Of a DNA stretch of 64,000 bases, positions 51,622 to 61,476 are shown piece after piece (position 1 is the first letter of the stretch; each line of letters begins with the position of its first letter). A model generated the notes under the pieces. That model was not told the origin of the DNA, made no database searches, and was given only the letters and a program-made list of their open reading frames with translations. Made by a program: the position numbers and the translations under genes. This DNA is from an uncultured Verrucomicrobiae bacterium (GTDB lineage: Bacteria; Verrucomicrobiota; Verrucomicrobiia; Chthoniobacterales; JAFAMB01): positions 352,001 to 416,000 of the forward strand of contig CAVXLD010000001.1 of assembly GCA_963762565.1 (NCBI GenBank), given 5' to 3'.

Positions 51622-51822
51622 ATGAATAGTGAAAAGATCAGTAAAGCCCCGGTCACCGCCGGCGGAGAGGACCAGCCTCTGAAAATCGGGTCTGTGGACG
51701 AGATTACGGCTCTAGGAACTCCTGTTGGGACGTGGGGCGGTTCAAAAGATATTCTCTTAAGAATTCGTAATGGGAAAGCGATCGCAGCAAACGTTGCTGG
51801 CCAGGGTGGAGGACAGAATTAG
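51622..51822 (+). CDS. Small hypothetical protein
   Basis: AGAGAGG upstream, hairpin downstream. Confidence 0.4.
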   Translation: MNSEKISKAPVTAGGEDQPLKIGSVDEITALGTPVGTWGGSKDILLRIRNGKAIAANVAGQGGGQN

Positions 51823-51849
51823 GAGCGCCTTACCTGATTGGGGTCAGTC

Positions 51850-51882
51850 CAAAGGGGTCAGTCAAATTGACCGACCCCTTTG
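51850..51882. terminator. Strong hairpin between convergent genes (terminator or REP)
   Basis: CAAAGGGGTCAGTCAAATTGACCGACCCCTTTG. Confidence 0.55.
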
Positions 51883-52042
51883 TTTTGACTTTCGACTACT
51901 TTGGCACCGGCCAGTTAGTCGTCAGCCCAGCCGAGCAAACAAGGTCGTTTCACCGAAGAGCAGGATTTTTCGATAGCCGCGACCAAGTTTGCCGGCATAG
52001 GCCTACTCAAAAACCGTGATAAAAACAGGCATCGAAAGCTCT

Positions 52043-55009
52043 CTAGAATTTCTTTTCAACCGACACATAAAAGAAGCGCTGGATGTAGTTCGTTTCGGAC
52101 GTGTCATAGCCCTGATACCAATCTGCAGAAAACGGTGGAGCGGTGTCGAAGATATTGTCGATGCCGAAGGTCAAGGTGGTGTTCGCAAGCAGGTTACGAA
52201 TCCCCCAACGAGATCCTTCTGGTCTTGGGGCGATGGCTTTTTCTCCAACGATTCTCTTTCCTTCCTTGTCGTAACCGGGTTTTGGAGTCTCTGGGGTAAT
52301 CTCGGTTGGCTGCCCGAATTGATAGGAGATCTGCCAATCCAGTGTGGTCCAGCTACCGATGATGTGTATGTAGCCGGGAAAATCTAAGGTTTCGTTAGGA
52401 TTTGTGTTGTTCTGGCTATTCACGGCATCCTGTTCGGATCCAACGTAATGAACCGTGACGCCCGTTTTGAATGTATCGATACCGAAGAGGGTCTTGGAAT
52501 AGAAGAGGCTGCCGAGCATCTTCCAATCAGGTCCAACTTGGAAGGTGTCAGTGAAATTGAAGACTCGATAGAAGAGAGCACCGGAAGGTAAAACACCGGC
52601 CGGACTTTGCTGGGAAACGTTGTACAGATAGCTGGCACTGAACTCGAAATCGAGTTTGCCCCAATCGTATTCCTTAGTGACGTAGTTAATGCCAAACTCG
52701 ATCCCGTCATTCCGCCAATCACCCAAGTTCTCATAGGTGTTAACAATTTCGCTAATCTGGCCGTTAGGACTGCGTACTACAGATTGACCCGGGAGGTTTG
52801 CACCGGCCGCCGCCAGGTCAACGACTTCTTGCGGCTGAATCGTTCCGATTACGTTATGTTGATCAATCTGGTACCAATTAAAGTAGGCGGAAAAACCGTT
52901 AGCCCAGCCCCACCAGCTATGTTCGGGGTCGCTCGATCCAGGGTTCCAGACCCCGCCGATATAATAAGTATAGGCTTCTTCCGGTTTAAGCCTCGTGTTA
53001 CCCAAGGTCTCGCTGATCACGGTCACTCCCGATTGTCCGGTTACTGGGTCGTTGACCGCGATCTCACCGGGTAGCGCCGAAGCAAACAACTCGGGTAACG
53101 ACGGCGCCACAAACCCTTCAGAGTAGGTCATTCTGAAGGTAAAATCGTTAAATGGTTTATACCGGAAAGCGAACTTTGGTTTCGCCGCGCTACCGAAATC
53201 ACTGTAATAATCCTGACGTTCGGAAACAGTTACATCGATGCTTCGAAGTCCGGGCCAGGACCAGGGACCGCCAATGATCGGAATATCGAGCTCGCCAAAG
53301 ATGCTCCAGATATAGCGTTTGCCGCTCATTAGCGGGGCCAAGGCATTTTGGAAGTCGGTTACGTTCCCAAACTTGCTGTTCGGGTCTTCGTTCGGCACAT
53401 AACTTTCGCTGCGGTACTCGAGGCCACCGGCCACCGTGAGCGGCCCGGCCGGCAGATCGATCACCGGACCGCCGGCAATGATATGGTACTGAAAAATATC
53501 GGTCCGATTATCGTTCCAAATATTGATGACCAACTGTTTGTCACCATAGAATTCCCGGTTGACTGCCGAGACGGATTGATCCGTAAAGGGATTGAAGAAT
53601 TGACCGACATGGCCCGGGAGCGTGCCATCTAAGGCCGCTTGCATCCCAGTAACGGAGAAATTGTTATAGACAGTTTCGGTAGCGTCGCTCTCACCGTAGA
53701 GGACATTAGTATCGATATACCAGCCGTGAGGAAGCTGCACCGTAGCGCCTACCACTTCCCGAAAGGTCGTGATCGTCGTATCGGTCCGGAAAGGACCGAA
53801 CTCGTTCAGCGCTATTCCGTCGACGGTCAGCGGGATATGGAACGGGTTCCAGGGATTGTAAGCTGGTACCGTGACCCCGCCACTATTTCCAGGTGCGGGC
53901 GCATAAATACCCTCATTCTGATACGAACTGAGCTCTTCATTTCGCTGAACGATGATACTATCGTAAAGCTTCAACCAATTGTTAACATCATAGGTCAGCT
54001 TAACCAGACCACCTAGCCTGTCCTCGCGGGGAGCCAGCTGGTACCAGCTGTCATTATAATCCGGGATCGGGTTTTCGTTGATCAGGAAATCCGACGTGCT
54101 AACCGCCGGCCCCTTGGTTCCCGGTATTACTTGATAAAAGTTTCCGGCCGCGTCGCTAAACTGTCCAGGGTATTGAGGGAAAGCGGTAACGGACGATGGA
54201 TATTTAAAACTATAAAGGCTGTGGTTTAGCTGGGTATTGGCGCGATCAACTTGCATGATCGGGCTGGAGGAATAGTAATCGAAGGCAGTAACAATACTGA
54301 GCTTCGCGGTATCGCTAAATTTCTCAGTGAGTCCACTTACCAAATAGCCGTGGTAGGTCTCGTCATCGCCTCTTTGGCTGATGCCGTAATAATTGAAAAT
54401 GTCCGCCCCTTGATAGTCTGATTTCAAGATCAGATTCACCACACCCGCAATCGCGTCGGTACCATAGGTGGCGCTGCCGCCGTCGTTGAGGATTTCGATG
54501 CGGTCAACCGCTCCCAAGGGAATCGAATTTAAGTCGACGAAACTGGTAATGGCAGCCGTAGAAACCTGGGGCAGCGGGTACTGAGGATAGCGGAGCCCAT
54601 CGACCAGGATCAAGGTGTCGTTGGGAGGAAGTCCTTTAAGACCGATAGACGCTGAACCCGGTGAAAAACTGATTCCGGCAGTTACGGCAGGCAAAAAATT
54701 ACCGACCGCAGCCGGCAGATTTTGCAAAACGTCGGTCACAGTCTGGTAGCCAGTCTTTTGAATGTATTCCTGATCGTAATTGGTCACCGGTTGAGGCCCC
54801 TCGCCGACCCGCGGAATGAGGTAGCCGGTTACAGTGACCGGAGCGAGCTGTTCGCCTTCGCCCGAGGGTGAGGAATTGGCGACAGAACTCGCGTCGGGAC
54901 TAGCCGGTGGGTTGGCCGTTTGAGCTTTTGCGCCACCAGGAAAGGTGAACGTGAACAGGATAAACGCTGAGGTACCAAGCGTGCTAAGTGTCGACTCTAG
55001 TTTTCTCAT
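52043..55009 (-). CDS. TonB-dependent outer membrane receptor
   Basis: Signal peptide, TonB box PVTVTG, plug motifs (TLILVDG, RIEILNDGGSATYGTDAIAGVVN), C-terminal YVSVEKKF. Confidence 0.92.
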   Translation of the reverse strand: MRKLESTLSTLGTSAFILFTFTFPGGAKAQTANPPASPDASSVANSSPSGEGEQLAPVTVTGYLIPRVGEGPQPVTNYDQEYIQKTGYQTVTDVLQNLPAAVGNFLPAVTAGISFSPGSASIGLKGLPPNDTLILVDGLRYPQYPLPQVSTAAITSFVDLNSIPLGAVDRIEILNDGGSATYGTDAIAGVVNLILKSDYQGADIFNYYGISQRGDDETYHGYLVSGLTEKFSDTAKLSIVTAFDYYSSSPIMQVDRANTQLNHSLYSFKYPSSVTAFPQYPGQFSDAAGNFYQVIPGTKGPAVSTSDFLINENPIPDYNDSWYQLAPREDRLGGLVKLTYDVNNWLKLYDSIIVQRNEELSSYQNEGIYAPAPGNSGGVTVPAYNPWNPFHIPLTVDGIALNEFGPFRTDTTITTFREVVGATVQLPHGWYIDTNVLYGESDATETVYNNFSVTGMQAALDGTLPGHVGQFFNPFTDQSVSAVNREFYGDKQLVINIWNDNRTDIFQYHIIAGGPVIDLPAGPLTVAGGLEYRSESYVPNEDPNSKFGNVTDFQNALAPLMSGKRYIWSIFGELDIPIIGGPWSWPGLRSIDVTVSERQDYYSDFGSAAKPKFAFRYKPFNDFTFRMTYSEGFVAPSLPELFASALPGEIAVNDPVTGQSGVTVISETLGNTRLKPEEAYTYYIGGVWNPGSSDPEHSWWGWANGFSAYFNWYQIDQHNVIGTIQPQEVVDLAAAGANLPGQSVVRSPNGQISEIVNTYENLGDWRNDGIEFGINYVTKEYDWGKLDFEFSASYLYNVSQQSPAGVLPSGALFYRVFNFTDTFQVGPDWKMLGSLFYSKTLFGIDTFKTGVTVHYVGSEQDAVNSQNNTNPNETLDFPGYIHIIGSWTTLDWQISYQFGQPTEITPETPKPGYDKEGKRIVGEKAIAPRPEGSRWGIRNLLANTTLTFGIDNIFDTAPPFSADWYQGYDTSETNYIQRFFYVSVEKKF

Positions 55010-55030
55010 CCTTCCTCCGCGCCAGCACAG

Positions 55031-55138
55031 CTAGAACTTTTTCTCGATCTCCACGTAGAAGTACCGTCCGTACGCATTTGTAACGGAGGCGTCGTACCCA
55101 AACCCCGGGTTCACGACATCAACGGTTCTTTTTTCCAT
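55031..55138 (-). CDS. 35-aa mini-ORF equal to a TonB-receptor C-terminal beta-strand (relic or peptide)
   Basis: MEKRTVDVVNPGFGYDASVTNAYGRYFYVEIEKKF vs receptor end GYDTSETNYIQRFFYVSVEKKF. Confidence 0.65.
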   Translation of the reverse strand: MEKRTVDVVNPGFGYDASVTNAYGRYFYVEIEKKF

Positions 55139-55369
55139 GTCCCGCAAAATAGGTATACAATGCACACCTAAAATGCTAGAAAAATATTGCATTTTTCCAT
55201 AGATTACCGAGCTTCCCAGCAGAAGATTGTCGACGTGTCATCACAGAACCTTAGAAACAGTAGGTATGCTCCGCACACATTCCAACATGATTTGCCAAGG
55301 CCTTACCTATTGACTCGCCCGGTCCAAATTCCCTATAGTCAACAGGAAAACACCTTGGGGAAAGCACCT

Positions 55370-55903
55370 ATGGATTCGCGTATCTATATTGCGGCCCTGG
55401 CGCTCATAGCCGGCGCTCCTGTCATGCTCAGTCAGAGCAATGAGACTCAGAAGAGTCTGACTTCCAGCAGTTGGACCTATGACTCGAAAACCACCCAACT
55501 TAGCGGGGACGCAACCGGCGCACAGCGCCAGGCTGCCCAAGCCGTCCTGAACCTGGAACTAGCCGAATGCAATGCCTGGAACAACCACGACCTTCAGGGT
55601 TGTCTTTCAGTCTATTGGAATAGCCCGAATCTCATCTCCATTTCAAACAATGACGAGACGCATGGCTTCGCTGCTCTTCAGAAGGAATTGCTCGCAGCCT
55701 TTGCCGACCCAAACATCATGGGGTCGATGTCTTTAGACACCCTCAAGATTCAAGTCATCGGTGATGACTGCGCCAACACCATCGCTAGCTACGTCGTTAA
55801 AACTCAGAATTACGTTTACTACTGCGACGACACCGCAACAGTTCGGCGCTTTCCGGAAGGTTGGAAAATCGTCTTTGAGCGCACCACCTTAGTGACACAC
55901 TGA
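55370..55903 (+). CDS. Secreted NTF2/SnoaL-like (DUF4440/YybH-like) protein
   Basis: Signal peptide; AWNNHDL...YWNSP...GWKIVFE pattern. Confidence 0.7.
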   Translation: MDSRIYIAALALIAGAPVMLSQSNETQKSLTSSSWTYDSKTTQLSGDATGAQRQAAQAVLNLELAECNAWNNHDLQGCLSVYWNSPNLISISNNDETHGFAALQKELLAAFADPNIMGSMSLDTLKIQVIGDDCANTIASYVVKTQNYVYYCDDTATVRRFPEGWKIVFERTTLVTH

Positions 55904-56132
55904 AGATCGAGCGGCGATTTACATGGCCCCGATGAAAACACTTACTCTTATCGCTGCAGGCCTCTTGGTGGCAGCGAGTGGCATGGCAGCCTCGACCGTC
56001 CATCTTCTCCGAGGATCGCGCCTGGATCATACGAGCACACTTCATCGAGCAGGCGCGGGTACAACATACCCCGGCCAAAAAAGAAACCCTTCCGGTATCA
56101 CCACGGCCCATGCTTGGACTGCCAAGAGACGG

Positions 56133-56354
56133 TTAAGACCTGTCAGCTTTGAGCATCCAGGGTCCCACCAGCACTGGATGCTGTGACTTTGGGGCTGTTT
56201 GATGCAACGCGTCGAAACACCCTAGTCCAATCGCAACAGTAAGGACCGGCACCATGAGTACCCATCGTCTTGCCCGCCGCTTCGTACGGCTCCAAGCCAA
56301 AGTAGCCTGAAGTGCTTCCAAGCTATCCACGTCGTACTTATGCCTGGTTAGCAT
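56133..56354 (-). CDS. Small hypothetical membrane protein
   Basis: Basic patch followed by one TM helix. Confidence 0.4.
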   Translation of the reverse strand: MLTRHKYDVDSLEALQATLAWSRTKRRARRWVLMVPVLTVAIGLGCFDALHQTAPKSQHPVLVGPWMLKADRS

Positions 56355-56403
56355 GATGGAAAATTCAACCCGATTCGGGCCAACTGGACAAGACTAAAAT
56401 AAG

Positions 56404-56706
56404 CTAGCCTTTTATTTTCGTTGACACGTCCGATGGCGGCTCGTCTGGCGGAAGAGGCGGCACCAAGCCCGCCTGCTCCGCTTCGGCCCGCCCCACGATT
56501 ACAAAAGGTACACTGACGGTTCCTTTTCTTTCGAATGCGTCTACCAGTGCGCGTAAACACTGCCGCAACCATACCCCAGGTAAGATACCGGTCACTTTGG
56601 CGAGCCGTTCCAATCGTTGTAAATCCACTACGTAATAGCGCACACTGTGTGTTTCGAGCCCGCTTGTAGACTCGTCCTCTCCTGAAAATTTTCGTCGCCT
56701 GGGCAT
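56404..56706 (-). CDS. Putative ribbon-helix-helix-like DNA-binding protein
   Basis: Beta strand (THSVRY) followed by two helices (RLERLAKVTG...WLRQCLRAL). Confidence 0.45.
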   Translation of the reverse strand: MPRRRKFSGEDESTSGLETHSVRYYVVDLQRLERLAKVTGILPGVWLRQCLRALVDAFERKGTVSVPFVIVGRAEAEQAGLVPPLPPDEPPSDVSTKIKG

Positions 56707-56871
56707 CGGGAATCTTAACGCTGCACGCATGACTCCTGCTAAATCAAGCCATAAACGCAGGATCAGCGTTTCTGATCGACCATTCTAGGTGTGCAATGTA
56801 CATCGGATTACAGATACTCGAGCAAGGAACCTCTGGGCGCTGCTCGTGTTTGCGCTCTCTGGCGAGAATAT

Positions 56872-57318
56872 TTATTGATGCAAATCCACCAAGTCCAAGG
56901 TCAACCCGGCGAACTGCTGAAAGCCGTCATCGAATGTCGATAAGGCCAGATCGGCGGAGAGGGCAAAGGCAGCAAGGTAAGCGTCTGTCCAGAACCGGTG
57001 CCGCTGATGTAGCGAATTGGTCAGCTGCCGCCACGTATCCTCGATATCTCTGGGTTCGTCCGAGAAAGCAACCCGATCATCTCGGCAAAGTGAATCATAG
57101 CATTTCCAAGCTTGCTTTTGGCTTAGCACGGACTCTCCCATGATCGTCTGGTTAGTCAGATGCATCAGGAGAGCCATTTGGGTAACGCGACAGAAAAGAG
57201 CGTCATGTTCCCCAACGGTCTGAAACCAAGCCACGCTCACTGGGTGGTGAAGGTGGTCACTAAATACGAGCGCGAACCAAACGTTGGCATCAATCACCCG
57301 GATCCCAGAGACTGGCAT
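56872..57318 (-). CDS. vapC: PIN-domain (VapC-type) toxin
   Basis: DANVW, WTDAYLAA, TFD acidic motifs. Confidence 0.85.
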   Translation of the reverse strand: MPVSGIRVIDANVWFALVFSDHLHHPVSVAWFQTVGEHDALFCRVTQMALLMHLTNQTIMGESVLSQKQAWKCYDSLCRDDRVAFSDEPRDIEDTWRQLTNSLHQRHRFWTDAYLAAFALSADLALSTFDDGFQQFAGLTLDLVDLHQ

Positions 57319-57528
57319 CAAGTTGTTCCCTCGTGGGGTTGATCAACCGTTTACCATCGCCGCGGACGAGCGGCAGCTTGACGCGATAGCTCTTTGGTTT
57401 TGAAGAGCGCTCCGTCAGCGTCCGTTCAAGAGATACATAATAAATTCGCGGAGCTTCATCCCGCGCAGCGCGGCTTCGGCCTTAATTTGCTTAAACAAAG
57501 CGTCAGGCAAATCTACCGTCGTTCTCAT
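57290..57528 (-). pseudogene. vapB: VapB-type RHH antitoxin with 1-bp deletion near 57437
   Basis: MRTTVDLPDALFKQIKAEAALRGMKLREFI stops at 57415; shifted frame continues SLERTL...RVKLPLVRGDGKRLINPTREQLDASLWDPGD to 57290 (239 bp = 80 codons minus 1). Confidence 0.75.
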
Positions 57529-57585
57529 AAAAACATATAAGGATACAAGCAGCTTTCTAGAGCGTATCCAGATCCCACTGCCCGT

Positions 57586-59727
57586 TCAACCTGCCGATAA
57601 ACTAGAACCAACCTCGCGAAACTTGCACGCTTCCTCGAGTGAGATTACACCGGCAGCGGCTTCGCGTACGGCTTTTTCGAACAGCGAAGCTTCACCGCGA
57701 CGTTCCAATATCCGCTGCAAATGCAAGGCGGGGGCGCGTTCTTGAATGGCGATTTTTACTTCATCGTCAACAATAAGGGCCTCGAAGATCGCTTTTCGAC
57801 CACTAACCCCTGTCTTACGGCAGAAATCGCATTTCCGGCCGCGCCGGACCGAGTTCACCCCGGTTAACCATTCGGGTTTGATTCCGAGGCGCACGAGCCG
57901 TTCTTCCGGCGGCAACGGTTCCTCTATAGCACACCGGGGACAAAGTTTTTTAACTAACCGTTGTGAGATGGCTAGCTTCAAGCTGTCGGCAACCATAAAA
58001 GGTTGCGCCCGAAACAAGAATAATCGGTTAGGAACTTCGCAGGCCGAGTTAGTGTGCAGCGTCGAAATCGCTCGATGCCCGGAAGAAGATAACCGCATGA
58101 GGGCCTCGACACTTTCTTCATCCCGGATCTCCCCCATCATCACCACATCAGGCGCCTGACGCAGAATTCCCCGCGCCCACATGGCAAAACTGTAAGGGCC
58201 GTCGTCGTCAACCTGCGTTTGACTGATATTCTCTAGAACCACTTCGATTGGAGATTCTGCGGTAAGGACGTTGTTTTTGACCGCGTCTACGGCACGCAGA
58301 ATACTATAAATAGTGGTCGTTTTGCCGGAACCGGTCGGTCCGCATAGAATTAAGAGTCCATGATCTCCCTCCATCAGATCCTGGATCGCGGCTAGGTAAT
58401 GGGTGGGCATGCCAAGCTCGGCCAAGGTTTTCACGCTCCGTTCGTCACGCTGCAACCGTAAGACGGCTTGCTCCCCTTGCGCCTGATAGGACGTATTGAC
58501 CCGAAAATCGTAACGCTGGTCACCGATCTTTATTGGGAAGGTTCCGTCTTGCGGCAAGCGGACATATTGGATTTCTAGGCCGGAGATCACTTTGATTCGG
58601 GAGATAACTTGCTTGGCGATGTGGCCGGGGAAATCGCCTTCTTGGTCGAACCAGTCTCCATCAACTTTGTATCGAACCCGCAATTGTTGCGGGAATTCTT
58701 GGAACATGATGTCGCTCGATCCTAACTCGACGCCCTTATAGAGGATCGAATGGACGAACTTAATGACGGCCTCCTCATCGTGGCGATAGCGGTGACTGGA
58801 TTGCTGGAGACTATCGGCGTGAATTACTTCTAATCGTTCGTTCTTCCTATCGGCGTGATCTAGCGCGGACATGGTCCGCAGGATTCCCGAGGCACTGATG
58901 GCCATGCTTTCCGACGTGGTAATAAACCTCTCCAGGGCTTCGCCATCAGCCAGGACCTGCTCAACCGTGAACCGGTGGCGCAGAGCGCCCTCAATCTCGG
59001 CTTTAACATTGGGAGGCAATAACTTCTCGACCGCTAACGTCAGACGCCGCCGCGCGCAGTAGACCGGGCAAGCTGAATAGCGTCTTTGCAAGGTTGGACT
59101 GAACCAATGATTCACCTTACCGGAAGGCGAGACTTCATCCAGGTTAATCCAAGGAGTCCCGCCATTGGCGATATCCGTTGCCAGTCTAACATTCGATCCG
59201 TCGAGGTCCATGTTGTCCGTGACCGAATTCAGCACCTGCCTCAATTGATCGGGTTCACACCAGACGGCAGTCAGTTTGGGGACACCCCAAAACACATTTA
59301 AAAACTGAAACTCCGGCTGTTTCAGTAAGGTATCCAGGCCCGGAATCGAAGTAACGATCGTCACCTGATTCGGCGTTCGAGCAACTGGAAGCAGTGGAAC
59401 CGCCAAGGCTGGCATTCTGATTCCGTTTGGAGAGAACCGTAACAACGTGGGGTCGAACGGCGTCAACGCACTATCACGAATCAATTTCGATAGAACCGAG
59501 CCCAGCTCCAGGTCGAAGTCTTTGCAATATCGTTCCACAAGTGAATCCGCCTGCCAAATCACCATCGGATTGGCAGCATCGAAGGATTCGATGTGCTCCA
59601 ACAGAAAACGAAGCTCGCCTTCACGAACCCCTAGAAGTCGAGCTACATGAAAATGGAGCAGGTGATCTATAGTTTGAAGCGGCTCAGATTGTCGCCATCC
59701 GTTAGTCCCTGCTACTATAGAGCTCAT
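57586..59727 (-). CDS. GspE/PilB family secretion ATPase
   Basis: GPTGSGKTT, LRQAPDVVMMGEIRD, TLHTN, CxxC...CxxC. Confidence 0.92.
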   Translation of the reverse strand: MSSIVAGTNGWRQSEPLQTIDHLLHFHVARLLGVREGELRFLLEHIESFDAANPMVIWQADSLVERYCKDFDLELGSVLSKLIRDSALTPFDPTLLRFSPNGIRMPALAVPLLPVARTPNQVTIVTSIPGLDTLLKQPEFQFLNVFWGVPKLTAVWCEPDQLRQVLNSVTDNMDLDGSNVRLATDIANGGTPWINLDEVSPSGKVNHWFSPTLQRRYSACPVYCARRRLTLAVEKLLPPNVKAEIEGALRHRFTVEQVLADGEALERFITTSESMAISASGILRTMSALDHADRKNERLEVIHADSLQQSSHRYRHDEEAVIKFVHSILYKGVELGSSDIMFQEFPQQLRVRYKVDGDWFDQEGDFPGHIAKQVISRIKVISGLEIQYVRLPQDGTFPIKIGDQRYDFRVNTSYQAQGEQAVLRLQRDERSVKTLAELGMPTHYLAAIQDLMEGDHGLLILCGPTGSGKTTTIYSILRAVDAVKNNVLTAESPIEVVLENISQTQVDDDGPYSFAMWARGILRQAPDVVMMGEIRDEESVEALMRLSSSGHRAISTLHTNSACEVPNRLFLFRAQPFMVADSLKLAISQRLVKKLCPRCAIEEPLPPEERLVRLGIKPEWLTGVNSVRRGRKCDFCRKTGVSGRKAIFEALIVDDEVKIAIQERAPALHLQRILERRGEASLFEKAVREAAAGVISLEEACKFREVGSSLSAG

Positions 59728-59732
59728 TCTAT

Positions 59733-61476
59733 TTAGATATTGCCGAACACGTCACTACCCCAGTCTGCCACGACCGTCTGTAAGTTCGCTGGAGTGATAA
59801 TTGAGGCAGCCGGTGAATCGTCGCCAAGGTTGAAATCGCCGGCAATAATGATCGGATGCGGGCTCACAATCGAAAGAGAACGAGTTAGTGCTTGCGCCCC
59901 TCTGATTAAGATGACTGCGTTCGGCAACGGATTACCGGCTGGATCCTGAACCACTAGAAAAACGGACCCAAGCTGAGTGACGCCTAAACGCGCATAATCC
60001 AAAGCCAAAATAGTTTGAGAGGGATTCTGGCTATTCGGGGCAGCAGCGAACGGAACGGTTTGCTGGGCGGCAGTCGATTGGCTCTCTGAAGGCGCTTTAT
60101 TCGCCATTGGATAGGCTAGGTGTGCGCCGCCAACATTACCTACCACTGTTACCAAGCATCCCTTCTTCCCATTGGGAGCAGTGATGGGAATATCCGGTCG
60201 CGCCACTACCAACACCTCGCATTGGGTCTTCAGCAGCGACAGGTTGAGTCCATTCGAAGTGGCCGAGCCACGGTTACCAGCTCCATAGACACTGTTTAGG
60301 GCGGCAGAATCAACCGGGAGAACGTTACTGGTAACGACCCTGGAATCCAGCGAGGTTCTGGCATCAGGCAGGAAGTTCGCGTCTTGTGTGTCCGTGGAGA
60401 GCTTAACCGATGGGCCATTATCGGATGGATCCTTGATCTGAAGCGAGCCCCCGGCAAAATCGACGTTTTGACCGGCAATGACGGCAAAATCGGAAGAGAA
60501 ATTTCCGGTTATGGAAAGGTTGGATTCAGTGAAGACCCTTCCGATATCCTGACTAAAAACCGCATTTCCGAGAGTAACCGGGTCACCAGCAGAGAAAACG
60601 GTGAACTGCGACACCGGAATTTCTCGAACCGCTATCTGTGGACGATCGTTAACCGTGAGGTTTGGCAGTCTTACACTTGGGACAGTGGATAGCGCCGTGA
60701 TATCCACGTCGATCAGGGTGACCCGGGCATGCGCTTGGCCAAACAAATCTTGGCTGGCGAGCGCAGGCAGTTGCACGACCTCCGTAGAATTAGCGAATGG
60801 TTGGACTTGCAGGACCTCGCTCCCATCGCCGTCCGTTTTGGAACTCAGGCTTAGCGAAATACCGGAGAGAGTCTCCGAGCGATTTAGGCCGGCCAACTTG
60901 ACTTCACCGGTTGCAATTAGCTCGCTTCGGATCGCTGACTCCAGGCTCAAAAGGGCCTGCTCGGTCGAAATACGCAATCCATCTTGATTAAGGTTACGGG
61001 CGGTGCGAGCCCGTTCGTTGTCCACGAAGGTGAGATAAGATGCGCCGATTAGCCCGGCGATCACCACAAGCACCAAAACGTAGACTAGTACCGAACCCGA
61101 TGCGCCGTGCTCTTCGGGTTCAATTCTAGAAAGAGATCTGTTGATCGACAGAAGCTGTTCTTGACCACGAAGTGGTCCGACAGAACAGCCCAGCGCTTTA
61201 GCCCTGGGTAACCGCCCGTGACATGCCTCGCCCTGAAAGGGCGGCCGAACGGGCCTTACGCGTTGGCGTCGTGATTTGTTGCTCTCGGCAAGCCAACTTG
61301 CCAAAGGCCGTGCACCGTAGTCATCGCGATATATTGGATCTAAAGAGCACGTCGATCGGCCGCCCCTGCAGGGCGTTTTATTGACGGATGCTTTCCCAGG
61401 GCTAAAGCCCTGCTGTTCTATAAAGCCATTCCATGGCCGCCACACCGTAAATTTGGAATAAGGTAGCCTGACTCAT
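59733..61476 (-). CDS. PilX/GspK-like large minor pilin; 5' region contains a repeat doublet and a 2-bp frameshift
   Basis: G|SVLVYVLVLVVIAGLIG class III-like signal; ATG 61476 coupled to upstream stop is in frame only if 2 bp are restored at 61412; alternative GTG at 61445. Confidence 0.65.
61163..61438. repeat. REP-doublet (REPIN-like) inverted repeat
   Basis: Arm 61163-61248 (AGAACAGCCCAGCGCTTTAGCCCTGGG...CGCCCTGAAAGGGCGGCCGA) inverted against arm 61356-61438. Confidence 0.8.

Noticed and set aside
51622..51822. Lasso/RiPP precursor (PLKIGSVDEIT resembles the Gx5T leader motif) near a TonB receptor
   Set aside because: No Asp/Glu at core positions 7-9 and no maturation enzymes in the window
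55010..55369. Cobalamin/TPP riboswitch upstream of the TonB receptor
   Set aside because: No recognisable conserved riboswitch motifs
55923..56186. Signal-peptide ORF, possibly frameshifted (alternative frame ...PSIFSEDRAWIIRAHFIEQ...)
   Set aside because: Cannot decide the frame or support coding status from sequence alone; overlaps a convergent ORF
56133..57528. Prophage or integrative element (small DNA-binding genes plus TA pair)
   Set aside because: No integrase, att/tRNA site or structural genes
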